Position numbers and translations under genes: made by a program | Source: Takakia lepidozioides | Lineage: Eukaryota > Plantae > Bryophyta | NCBI GenBank assembly: GCA_030704615.1 | Contig: CM060731.1 | Location: forward strand, 70,680,001 to 70,744,000 | Direction: 5' to 3' | DNA: 64,000 bases | Notes under the pieces: generated by a model | Databases searched by the model: none | What the model was told of the DNA's origin: nothing | The model's input: only the letters and a program-made list of their open reading frames with translations | In this document: positions 26,148 to 37,367 of the stretch, piece after piece | Layout: every line of letters starts with the position of its first letter | Position numbering within the stretch: the first letter of the stretch is position 1

Positions 26148-26690
26148 ATAAAGTCCCATTATAAATACTACATTGCATACGCTCGACCCTAACACCTGTC
26201 ATCGCAACATAAATGGTTTGTGTATTGTCTCACTGTTTATATTTGTAATGTTCCAACGTTTTCGCTAGGGTTCTGAGAAAACGATATATTAGTTCCGTAG
26301 GAGTTAAACAACAAACGTCTCACATCTCAGTCAGATGTGTGACACTACCATGAGAGGCATGAATCGGAAACTAATAGGGGCACATGCGACCTCCGAAGTC
26401 CGAACGTTTGATACTAGGTCCAGCGAATGGTCTACTTGAACGTCTGGAGGTCGCATGTACACCTATTACTTTTTTATCAATGTCACTCATGGTAGTGTCG
26501 ACATTTAAATGAGATATGGAACGTTCGTTGTCTAACTCGTACAGAACCAATATATCATTTTCTCAGTACCCTGTCAGAAACATTGAAATATTCGAAGTTA
26601 CAAACAGTGACACAGTACACGGCCAGTTTTGTTGACATGACATCTTTGAGGTTTGAGCGTATGCAATTTATTATTTAACGGAACTTTATT
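26148..26690. repeat. Long imperfect hairpin HP1 (~245-bp arms, ~50-nt loop)
   Basis: ACATGCGACCTCC (26382) pairs with GGAGGTCGCATGT (26446), GACACTACCATGAG (26341) with CTCATGGTAGTGTC (26486), and TTGCATACGCTC (26173) with GAGCGTATGCAA (26655). The arms stay collinear. Confidence 0.9.
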
Positions 26691-26764
26691 TACTCGGGGG
26701 ACCGGTGCTGATGTAGGAGCGCAACTGATGGTGCGAGTTCTTTGTTAATTGGAGCTGTCACAAC

Positions 26765-27145
26765 CATGTCAACAATCATATTTACGGTAAGGTGTTTCAT
26801 GTTATTATTGTTCCTCTAGCTGAATTCTATAGTACTCTTTTTGCTATTCCCATGCCAACAACATCAAGTCATCTGAGACTGTCATGTTCAAGCGAATGTA
26901 TCAGCCATCCCGGCCAGCTTGCAGGCTGCAGCCACGGCCCACCATAAATTTGAATGAATTGGAGATTTTGTGCGAAGTTTCTGGTTTCGTGTCCGTGATG
27001 GCTGATACGGAATTCGGAATATGGCAGTCCTAGTGGACCTGATGTTGTTGGCATGGGAGTAGCAAAATGATTCCTAAAGAATTCAGCTACATGAACATCG
27101 GCAGTGTGAAACACCTTGCAGTACGTATGATTCTTGAGATTGTTT
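26765..27145 (+). repeat. Long imperfect hairpin HP2
   Basis: TTTTGCTATTCCCATGCCAACAACATCA (26839-26866) pairs with 27040-27067 with one G:U. TAGCTGAATTCT, AAGGTGTTTCA and GTATCAGCCATC also have inverted partners. Confidence 0.9.
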
Positions 27146-27189
27146 GCACGGATTATTTGTGTTTGTGCCTTCAAGTGACGAACATTTCC

Positions 27190-27322
27190 GCCATGAAGCG
27201 GGAGAGGTGCATTGGCCACATTAAACGGTTGATGTGATATCATTTCACAAATGTATTACATCGCATTTGTGAAAATGTATCACATGAACCGTTCCATGTG
27301 GCATACGGAAGTCTTCGATGGG
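27190..27322. repeat. Hairpin HP3 (miRNA-precursor sized)
   Basis: GCCACAT..AACGGTT.ATGTGATA..TTTCACAAATG pairs with CATTTGTGAAA..TATCACAT.AACCGTT..ATGTGGC. Confidence 0.85.
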
Positions 27323-27414
27323 TACGAGATCAGCTTCCACCAACAAACATGTGATCATTTCAGAAGCGCTTGAGGCGACGATTGGCAAGGTTCTTCATCC
27401 AGATATTCAACATG

Positions 27415-27725
27415 CTGAGGTCTTCTATAATGTCTCTTGCTTCGTAATGAGGTGTTTCTCCAACTCTTATTTTTCCAACGTTGATATTCTCCATCTGGAA
27501 CATATCCATACATGCGTATATAAATACTTAAAAAACCAAATGACCATCAATACTGGAAGCTGCGGATGAGGCTTATAAAAGTGGAGATGGTCATTTGCTT
27601 ATTTAAGGATTTCTGCACACATGTGTGGATTTGTTTCAGGTGCAAAACATCAACATATTGGATAAAATGGACATGGAGAAGCACCGCATTACGAAGCATG
27701 AGACACTACAAAAAGAGCTTCAAAT
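27415..27725. repeat. Long imperfect hairpin HP4
   Basis: TGCTTCGTAATG (27438) pairs with CATTACGAAGCA (27687), and CAAATGACCATC (27537) with GATGGTCATTTG (27586). Confidence 0.9.
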
Positions 27726-27769
27726 GGCATATCATGTAACAGATCCCAGTATAATCGAAGATGAAACCC

Positions 27770-28980
27770 CATTCATTCAATGGGCGATTGAATGGTTGCC
27801 CATCCAAATGATTTTTCGTTTGCTTTCAATCTTTGCCACTATGTTCAACATACCATGTATCAGGCCCCGAATTAATATGAGATCAATCGAAATTCATTCA
27901 ATGGCTCAACGGATGGTTGGCCATCGAAATGATTTTGGTTCGCTTTGAGACTTGGCCACTATGTTCAATGTGTCATGTCAGAGGCCCCAGAGTAATATGA
28001 GATCAATCAAAATTCGTTCAATGGGCCAACGGATGGTTGCCTATCCAAATGATTTTCATTCGCTTTGAAACTTGGCCAGTATGTTCAGTGTACCCTCTGA
28101 TAGGTCCCAGTGTTGAAGCCCATCTTTTGCCCCCATGTGCTTGAACATGTGTGCAATACATGTGCGGAGACACATTAGACAAATAAATCATTTGTCTCCC
28201 CATCGACGCGCTCACCCTTCAAGCCATTCCATAATTTAATTGAATTTAAATTAATTTTAAGCCAATAAATAGGTTTGTATTGCCTTTCATTGGGGGTTTC
28301 TGGCACGTATCAATTTTGTTTTTGGCTCATTTTTCATCTGCGGCTTCAAGCATCCCACCGCTACTCCCCCGCCAAAATTTGGACCAATAAAAAATGCCTC
28401 CCAAAAAAAGTGTTCTCTTCGTTCACTATTGCAAAACTCTCTATAAAGAGTGCATGAAGTAGAACTCAAATCAAGTTTGGAGTGCAATACAGGTAAAAAA
28501 CTGTGGTTTTGGGTCCAAATGAATTATGTTCGCTCCCAAATTTGGCACGCACGTTGCATATGGAGTCATTACACGCCCCATTAAAAAATGGAATGAAAAA
28601 AAAATCGTGAGCACACGAAACACAGTCCAACAGGTCTCAAAGTAATAGCAGATCCAACGGAATACATTCAACGGGTGAACGGATGGTTGCCCATCCAAAT
28701 CATTTTTGTTTGCTTCCAAACTTTGCCAGTACGTTCGAGACACCCTCTCACAGGTCCCGAACTAATATGAGATCAATCAAAATTCATTTGATGGCTCAAT
28801 GGATGGTTGGCCATCGAAATGATTTTGGTTCGCTTTGAGACTTGGCCACCATGTTCAATGTACCATGTAAGAGGCCCCCGAGTAATATGAGATCAATCGA
28901 AATTTGTTCAATGAGCCAACGGATGGTTGCCCATCCAAATGATTTTCGTTCGCTTTGAGACTTGGCCAGTGTGTTCAATG
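27770..28980. repeat. Two triplets of a 120-bp tandem repeat
   Basis: GGATGGTTG(C/G)CCATC motif at 27791, 27911, 28031 and again at 28681, 28801, 28921. Confidence 0.9.
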
Positions 28981-29368
28981 GATTATGAAATACGCACGGA
29001 CCAAGCGAAATTTGTTTGGAAGACGACCGTTCGTAATTCGTTATAACTTATTGGTTAACATCAATTTTCCTTGTTCTCCAGCTTTCGGAATTCATTGCAA
29101 ATACCCACATACACGTCATGACCAAATATGACACCATTGTAAATTTGTTTACAGGGTGAACCACTTTTTCTATATCACACGAGTGTAAATGTGAAGAAAA
29201 CGCTGCTCATGCAATTGAAATTGGCAGGTGCCGCACATGTGCATTGTGTATTAACAAAATTGGTGATATACAAAATTGGCGGAATGTTATCACTATGTTT
29301 TTCAACAATATTCAAGGTACAACAAAAATGCACATTGTCTATGTATTACGGTGCGAGTCATTAAAAGC

Positions 29369-29775
29369 CTAGTCGTCACTGTCCGAGGACAAGGAATGTG
29401 ATGTTGTGGCCTGATTTGCACTGCAAATTGCCAGAGCTTGCGATCGTGATCTCGTGGTCAATGAGGGGCCCAATGACATGTGATCAATTATGGCCTGCAT
29501 CCGCCTACTTCGCGGTGAAAGTTGACTTTCTTCTTCACTCTCTTGACGTGGCGGAGGTGGATCGAGAACAAGTGTTCGGGCTGCATGCAAATCGGCAACG
29601 AGGCCGTCCACATCCGGCAATAGAGCCCCGAAACACGATGATAACGGTTTGTCCATAATCGCCTCCATTGCTCTACAACCGCCTTGATGGTACTTTTGAA
29701 ACTTTCCAACTGCCTCTCGCGGGCCCTGTCCCTAATCATTGTGTCGTTTCGAGCCGCCTCGTACGCCTCATTCAT
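29369..29775 (-). pseudogene. Hypothetical frameshifted coding segment, unknown product
   Basis: Two overlapping ORFs (95 and 99 aa) with protein-like composition and no recognisable motif. Confidence 0.3.
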
Positions 29776-30108
29776 TCAGCGTTGACATATTATAGCATTT
29801 TCTAGTTCAGACAACAACAAATGTCTCACAATCAGTTATCGGTCATACAATTCGTTCTCCTCCAACATCATTATTTTAGACCCTATATTGATTTAAATTC
29901 ACTGATCACAATATAATGTACCCTTTATTACTTTTAAATGTTTTCTAATTTTTATCTTTTGTGAATAAATTGCACCCTATATTTTTTTGCACGTCGGTTG
30001 GAAATTTTTGGAAGTGACCTCCCCGGGCGCTCTATACTTACGAGAACCATAACAACGCCTCATCTATAACAGACTCTCATGCTTGTGATCCTAATAACAA
30101 CGTCTCAT

Positions 30109-31060
30109 CTATAACAAACTCTTCTGCTTGTGATCCGTGTAGGAAGTCTTGCCCACACTTCCTACCGTAGAGTGGGCAAGTCCTTCAGCAACTTCTTGTA
30201 TGATGTGAAATTTCCAAATTGCATCCATCGATGCTGCAGGAATGATGATGCCATTCGGTCGAAGTGGACCACACTCACTGTGGACAAGTGCTTCTTGCGG
30301 ACACTGAACGTTGGGTGTAGCCATATGCCGCACCTCCTCCGGGCGGGGGTCATCCATAAGGAGGAGCTGAACAAGGAGTGGCGGTTCATTTCCTTCACTC
30401 AAAGAAGTAACAACAAGCTTCCCTACTTGCTCCAGAACTTGGTTGGCTTCTTCGGTAGTATACTCCATGGAATAGAGAAAATGGACAAACGGCCACCTCC
30501 GGCCCGTTACAATGTGGTGCAGATCACTATACCAATCCAAATGGGCACTTGTGTCACTAATCCTGAAGCGGGGAAGTATACGATCCTTTGCGTTCTTCGG
30601 CGCCACCGATAACGGCGATCTCCACACCCCAAAATGCCCACAGTGGAGGGGAAATGGGCATAGTCTTCACCCTCTTCAATTGGCCCAGTCTGAGGTCTCA
30701 TGTCTGCTGAGGCGTGCTTCGGTCTGCCGAGGTGCGAGGAGTTCTGCTCATGATTGTTGGCGTCTCCTTCAGTGTGTTTTGGTGTGATGAGGTCTGCTGA
30801 GGTTTCCTGAGGTCTGTCGTGGTATGTTGTGGTCTCCTGAGGAGTGATGAAGTCAGTGGTCTGCTGGAGACGACCTGCCGACTCTGTGTCAAGTTCGACT
30901 ATGGCGTCTGCTGACCCAGGATATTTCATCAAAATGTAATCGCGAACCCGCTGCACTTCAAGCCGCACCTCACCCACTTGCAAAGGAGGTTCCTGACATA
31001 GCGTCCGCCAAGTTGATATGGCTTTGCGAATAGACTGAGCAGTCTGTTGTGCAGCAAAAG
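30109..31060 (-). pseudogene. Segment of a MULE accessory gene, interrupted upstream by the CACTA insertion
   Basis: Overlapping ORFs 30109-30627 and 30507-31289. It carries the same CAGAC/GTCTG motif bias as the rest of the MULE. Confidence 0.4.
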
Positions 31061-32149
31061 ACAAATGAACTTCAACGGAACAGACACTACAACAGATCGC
31101 GGTATATATGACTGTATATATGACTATCCCGTAGTCATAAACGGTACATATGACTGCAATGACTTTAAGTTGTGCAAACCAAGTGAATACAATGAGTATA
31201 TGATGGTCAGTCACGTATGACTGCAGTAAGATGAACCAAGTGATACATCTCACTGTCATTTGGCAGTCATATGTACTTCTACCATCCATGACTTAGTGTG
31301 CTGCTGCAAACTGTACACGTGTCTCTTTTTAATAAGTCCAGAAGGTTTTCGTGGACGTGCACCATATGACATCTCCAAAAATTGACACGTGACATATTAT
31401 AAGGAAGCCTTGCAGTCATTATCCTGACTACCAACATGTTGATATTTGGACCCGTGGCATCATATGATTAGTTTATTTTAAAATTTAAATGTATTTAAAG
31501 TCATTCCCATGACTATGCCTATAGGAGCTCGTTGCCATGTGTTTTTCCAAGGATATGACATGTGTCAATGTATGATGCGATGTTGTGTAGTCATAGTGCC
31601 TACTGTAAAGGGGTTTGTTGGGTTGGATGCGTGGCATCAAATTAGTTGTTTGAGAATTTGGTTTTTTAAATTATTTGGAAAATCATAACACACCATCATT
31701 CACAAGAAACAACAAAGTGACAAAGTGAAAAGGACATAACAGAGACGTTAAAGCCAATAGCAGATGTAAACAGAGATTCTTTTAAACAACTGCTAGTCAG
31801 ATTTACAAAATAACGCTGTTGTCCCAGAATCTAGCTCCTCAAAACACAGTCTAAGGGCACAAGTTCATCACCTTGTATTTCTGATCGAATACTTTTGTAA
31901 GTAGCACCATGTGCACTGAAAACAAAACCAACCCTACTTTGTGTGTCCCTTTAGCTATCCCTACCACAACACCCATAATCCATATACATCCTCCCCTTCG
32001 CTGGACAATTAGGGACTATTCTGAAAAGAGGACAGAACAGGTTGAAATCATGTATTGAAGATGAGGGTACCCGATTTTATCAAGTGTGTAATTGTTGTTG
32101 TTGCTTCCTGCTACATCCACGAGGCTCCTGCACTCAGCATACATGTGAG

Positions 32150-32400
32150 TTGTATCCACCCAATTAGTTTACTTGAATAATTCAACATAAAAGGGGGAGG
32201 GGGTACATCTTTGAGCCACACCTTGGTCTATGTCATAGAAGTTAGACTTCTGTCCATTAACCGTTGACACAACATTTTGGTGTGAGCATGCAAATTATGG
32301 ACAACTCTCCACATCTTTCCCTTGATCCCCAGAGTGGGAGCCATAGACCATCTCTCCACATTGTGGAGAAATGGATCATGTGCACACAGAGGAACCACAC
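32150..32400 (-). mobile_element. LINE reverse-transcriptase fragment
   Basis: WRDGLW..GIKGKMWRVVHNL..NGQKSNFYDIDQGVAQRCTPSP, a frameshifted non-LTR RT domains 3-4 segment. Confidence 0.75.
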
Positions 32401-33069
32401 TGCAATGCACCAAACAAAGGCACTAGAATTGAGAGGATGATCACCTGAAAGGAGGAAAGGTGATGAGGGAACAACAGAGCTGAAAAATCCTGCAAAAAAG
32501 CCCACTACAAGCACTTCTTGTGAGCAGCATTCCACCACACGAAGGATGTACCTTTGATGGAGACACACAAACAAGAGCTGAACCATGAGGGACAGTCAAG
32601 GAGGATGAGCATGATGGGCCAGAGACAGAAGGAAATGAGGACGCCTATGACCAGATTTGGAGAAGATATGATGAGGAGAGGAAAACTTAAGTGAAGAGGA
32701 CAGACCTGTTCCACCAAAAGCCAGCCTGTGGGAAGCACTGAAAAGAATGGAAATTGCAGCTCAGAGTGGAATCAGCCCAGCACATGGAATTCTTCCAACT
32801 GTTGGGCATGAGCAAATTAAAACCACAGAGAGTAAATACATGGCAATGCAGCAAATGAAGGCAGTATTGAGGGAGAAACCACCTAAATGGCTGGAACATG
32901 AAAAAGGAGAAAGGGAGTACTTCACTGACGAAGAGGGTGAAGGATGGGAGAGCAAGGTTGACAACTGGCTACTTGGAAGAAAGGGGATGTGGTGTGAAAT
33001 CCTGCTAAGGAGACCATGACAATTAACACCAAATGGGAGTGAGAATCAAGCACACAAAGAGCTGCCCTC

Positions 33070-34310
33070 TTGCTGGCCCTCTTGGATGATTCTGGACCCA
33101 CACTCTATCTCTGCTCCTTCAGCTACCCATGCCTGATCTGCACAAATCATGCGTTCATCCTTGCCTTGCTACTAGCAGATACAATGAAAGCCTCGAATTG
33201 TTCTGGGAAACACCCAACTCAACTTATCACACCAGTTCATATGCTCAATTGCATCTTCTACTCTTTGTAATCCAATAGGCATTCACCTTTTTGCCTTGAT
33301 TGTCCCACCGTTGACTGGGGTCAGAAAAGTATTCACTCCATTGCTTCTTGTGGTCTCCGTTACTTGTTTCTGGATTCTTTCTTGTTGTCACATTGGCAGT
33401 ATCATGTCAAAAGTCACTCCAAACAACAAAGGTTCACTCAATAAGCTAACTTACATAATTCAACATGAAAACTTAGAGAGGCTACTGATAAGAGGGAAAA
33501 ATAGGGTGAAATGTGTTGAAGAAGGTGCCTTCATTAGCAGTACCTGATTTTATCAATTCTGCCATTGCTGCTGCAGCTTCCAGTTGACCATCTACCCATG
33601 CAGGTTTCTTGTAGCTATTGATCCATAAGGAATTCTTCTTGGATGAATCTGGACCCACACTCTATCCCTGCTCCTTTAGCTATCCATGCCTCTGTACAAA
33701 TCATGCATTCATCCTTGCCTTGCTGCTAGCAGCTGACAATGACAGCCTAGATTTGTTCTAGGAAACACCCAATCAGCTTATCCCACTAGTTCCTATGCTG
33801 AATTGCGTCTGCTACTCTCTGTAATCTAATAGACATTCACCTTTTTGCCTCGATTGTCCCACCATTGACCGGGGTCAGAAAAGTATTCATTCCACAGCTT
33901 CTCCTCATCTCTGTTGCCTGTTTTTGGATACTTGAACTTGTCACATTGGCAGTATCATGTCACTCACTCCAAATATCAAATGGTTCACTCAACCAGCTAA
34001 CTTGCAAAATTCAACATGAAAATAGAGTGCCAAGTGTGATAAGAGGGAAAAACAGGTGAAATGTGTTGAAGAAGGTGCCTTCATTAGCAATGCTTGATTT
34101 TATCAATTGTGCCACTGCTGATGCGGCTTCCACTTGACCATCTGTTTCTTGTACTTGTCCTTCCACAGGGAATGATAGGTAATGTGGAGCTTGAAACCCA
34201 ACCTTCTTAGATGAATCTGGACCCCCACTCTCTCCCTGCTCTTCAACAGTCCATGACTCTGCACAAATCATGCATACATCCTTGCTTTGCTGCTAGCAGC
34301 TGACATGGAA
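33070..34310 (-). pseudogene. Tandem ~560-bp duplicated gene segments with an OSB/PDF-motif-like WWDNR exon
   Basis: About 2.2 units. 33840-33910 reads DEEKLWNEYFSDPGQWWDNRGKK, with a degenerate copy at ~33285-33350. Confidence 0.6.
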
Positions 34311-34343
34311 GTAAAACTAACTTCTAATCAATGCCTGTTGCAG

Positions 34344-34560
34344 GTATATTTCATTGCAACATCACAAGAGTTGACAAGGGTGGATGTTGTAACCAAGGCA
34401 CCAGTCATCCATCACTTTTCAGAGACAATTGTTAGGCTTGTGACTATCACATGCTTTGGGCAGCAAGAACAGTTTTCCCTGCCCAACATTGAACATGTCG
34501 ATTCTAGTCTACGCATGGACTTTTGACACAACAATGCAGCCAATGAATGGATTGGTTACT
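34344..34560 (+). pseudogene. Captured exon fragment of an ABCC/MRP transporter (TMD2), with splice acceptor
   Basis: After TTGCAG it reads VYFIATSQELTRVDVVTKAPVIHHFSETI..RMDF..HNNAANEWIG, the conserved plant MRP4/MRP10-type segment. Confidence 0.85.
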
Positions 34561-36260
34561 GGTTGTGTTCAGAACCACATTTTGCATACATTTCCACCAG
34601 GGTATTGTTTAGAATGACATTTGGTACAATTCCAGCTTTGAAGATGTCGCCATGGACCTCTTTCCCCTTTTCCAGAGCTACCAGGGCAGTGTTCAGAATG
34701 ACATTTGGTACAATTCCAGCTTTGATGATATCGCCATGCACCTCTTTGCGCTCGATGCACCCACATTTTGCATACATGTCCACCAGGGTATGGTTCAGAA
34801 TGACATTTGGTACAATTCCAGCTCTGAAATGTCACCATGGACTCTTTCCCCTTTTCCAGAGGTGCCAGGGCAGTGTTTAGAATGACATTTGGTACAATTC
34901 CAGCTTTGATGATATCGCCATGCACCTCTTTGCCCTTCTCTAGGGCTGCCAGGCTTGCACAAGCATTGCTAATGCACACAAACATGATGTGGCTGGGCTT
35001 CACCCCTTCCCCCACCATTTGCTCATAGGTCTCCAAAGCCTCCATCCCATGTCCCTGCTGTGCATACCCTGCAAGCATCGCACTCCACGACACCACATCT
35101 CGTTCAGCCATAGTGTCAAAAACTCCCTTCGCATCCTCAATGCATCCACATTTGGCATACATGTCCAGGTCAGGGTAGTGTTCAGAATGACATTTGGTGC
35201 AATTCTAGCTTTGACCGATGTCACCATGGACCTCTTTCCCCTTTTCCAGGCTTGCACGCGCATTGCAAACACAAACAAACGTGATGTGGTTGGGCTCACC
35301 CCTTCGCGCATCATTTGCTCACAGGTCTCTAAGGCATTCATACCACGCCCATGCTTGGTAAATCCTGCCAACATTATATTCCACGTGAACCAAAGATCAT
35401 TGAGGCATTCTGTGTTGAACACTTGGTGATCATCCATGATGCTCCCATTAATATACATGTTGACAAGGGTGTTGAGTAGAAAAATGTTCGGCGTGAATCC
35501 ACTTTGGACAATGTGAGTGTGCACCTGCTTTCCAGCTTTCCTGCCAAGAGCCAAGAGCCAAAAGCCCACATTTGCAGGATGGACAAACTTCTTCACATCA
35601 TACATTAAGAAAAAGCCACACCTTGCGATCGCGGTTGTCCCACCATCGTGAAGGATTTGTAAAACCCTCATGCCAGTTGTGCTCTGCCGAGCAATTCAGG
35701 GCCGAGTCCGATGAGAGGGCAAACCAGGCTGAAACAGATCGAAGAAGAATCCTACCATCATTAAATCCGCGTGATCAACGCTCGTTCATAAAATAGGGAT
35801 TGTGTTGTACTATGTTGCCCCCAAGCATCTGCACTAGGAAGACAGATGAAAACGCTCAATGGAAGTAGTATTGGCCTTCTCTTTGCAGCTTCGATGTTGC
35901 CACATTTGGCATACATGTCTAACAGGGTATCGTTCGGAATGACATCTCGTACAATTCCAGCTCTGATGATGTCAGCATGGACCTCTTTGCCATTTTCCAG
36001 GGCTGCCAGGCTCGCACACGCATTGAATCTACAAACGAACGTCCTTTACCCTTCCCACATCATTTGCTCATAGGTCTCCAATGCCTCCATCCCGCATCCA
36101 TGTTGGGGCATATCCCGCGATCATCACACTCTAGGTTCATTCAACCATATTCTCAAACACTCCCTTTGTATCCTCAATACTACCACATGTGCATCTGTTT
36201 CTGGATACCCTAAATTTGACAAAGTCACCATGGACCTTTTACCCTTTTCCACAAAGGTAA
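34561..36260 (-). pseudogene. PLS-class PPR gene fragments with internal micro-duplications
   Basis: MYAKCGCIEDAKGVFDTMAERDVVSWSAMLAGYAQQG, with repeated LEKGKEVHGDIIKAGIVPNVILN units and frameshifts. Confidence 0.9.
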
Positions 36261-37367
36261 AATTGAAACACGGACTGCCAAGCCAAGCTGACTCTCCCAA
36301 GAACCTGTAAACATCAGGAAGAATACCACATCATGGTATTAACAGGAGCTAAGAGCCCATTGCGGTTGTGGTGCAAGTTGCGCTTCGCCCCGCATCAGTA
36401 GCTCAATGCAAAGCCTCCATCCCACGCCCTATCCTGCGATCCTCGCGTTCCATGACACAACAGCTTGATACTAAAAAACCGCGCATGAGAAAAAAGAAAA
36501 AAGAACTAAGTCCCAGCCCTCTAATGGGCAACCCTATAAGCAATTTTTTTTTTAAAAAAAAAAAACCTTTTGGCTACCACGCTTGCACTAAAAGTCATTC
36601 CAACGACTATTTGGTGGTGAGCTCGCGCTGGTCAACCATCGTTGACCAACCTTCCGTCTAGTGCGGAGCCATGCAGTCACGACAAAGTCTACCAACGTAG
36701 TCACCCAGAGGACTACGTAGTCACGCAGTCATTTCAACGACTACGTGAAGCTCCATTTGGTCCAAAAATATAGGGAAGTCATGGTCAAAGTCAGGAAAAC
36801 CATGACTACCGCGGCCTCGCAGTCAGATATACCGTGTTTTGTTGTAGTGAGACCGGACCCATTGGACAGACCGAATGTAAGAACGATCAGAAGACCATCA
36901 ACACACCATCACATTCAACAGACCACAATACTCAGCAGACCATGATATTTAGCAGACTCCAAAGACTTCAGCTGCCAATCAGGACTTCAGCAGACAAAAA
37001 GACTTCAGAAGACCTAATTATGGACGTATGCAGTCTGCTCAAGTCTTCAACAGTTGAGCAGACTGAGCGACAACACAGAGAAATGTCGGGTTCACCAGAA
37101 GTCGGTTCATACGGGAGCAGCCTGCTGTGCAGCAAAACACACATGATCCATTGGGCATTCCGGAGCTCTAAGATCTATCAGCAGACCACAATACTCAGCA
37201 GACCATGGCAATCAGCAGACCACTATCTTTAGCACACTCCAGAGACTTCAGCAGACTAATTAAGAGACCGAACTATGGACATTTACAGTCTGCTGGAGTT
37301 CAGCAGATTGATCGACAATTACATAGGGAAAAAGGTCTGTCTGCATGACACCTACTGTCCAAAAATT

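Larger units (their letters stand above)
31085..36849. mobile_element. Non-autonomous Pack-CACTA (En/Spm) element, 5,765 bp, nested in the MULE
   Basis: TIRs CACTACAACAGATCGCGGTATATATGACTG and (revcomp) CACTACAACAAAACACGGTATATCTGACTG. Perfect 3-bp TSD AGA at 31082-31084 and 36850-36852. Subterminal TGACTA/TAGTCA arrays at both ends. No transposase inside. Confidence 0.93.

Noticed and set aside
26839-26866. miR482/2118-like sequence in HP2 (TTTTGCTATTCCCATGCC, antisense to a VGMG-coding site)
   Set aside because: Only a partial, gapped resemblance to the NBS-LRR P-loop site. Not enough to name without a miRBase or target search.
27000-27075. Homology of the HP2 arm to 47690-47755 (W..L....WE pattern)
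   Set aside because: Similarity is weak and needs frameshifts. Left for tBLASTx testing.
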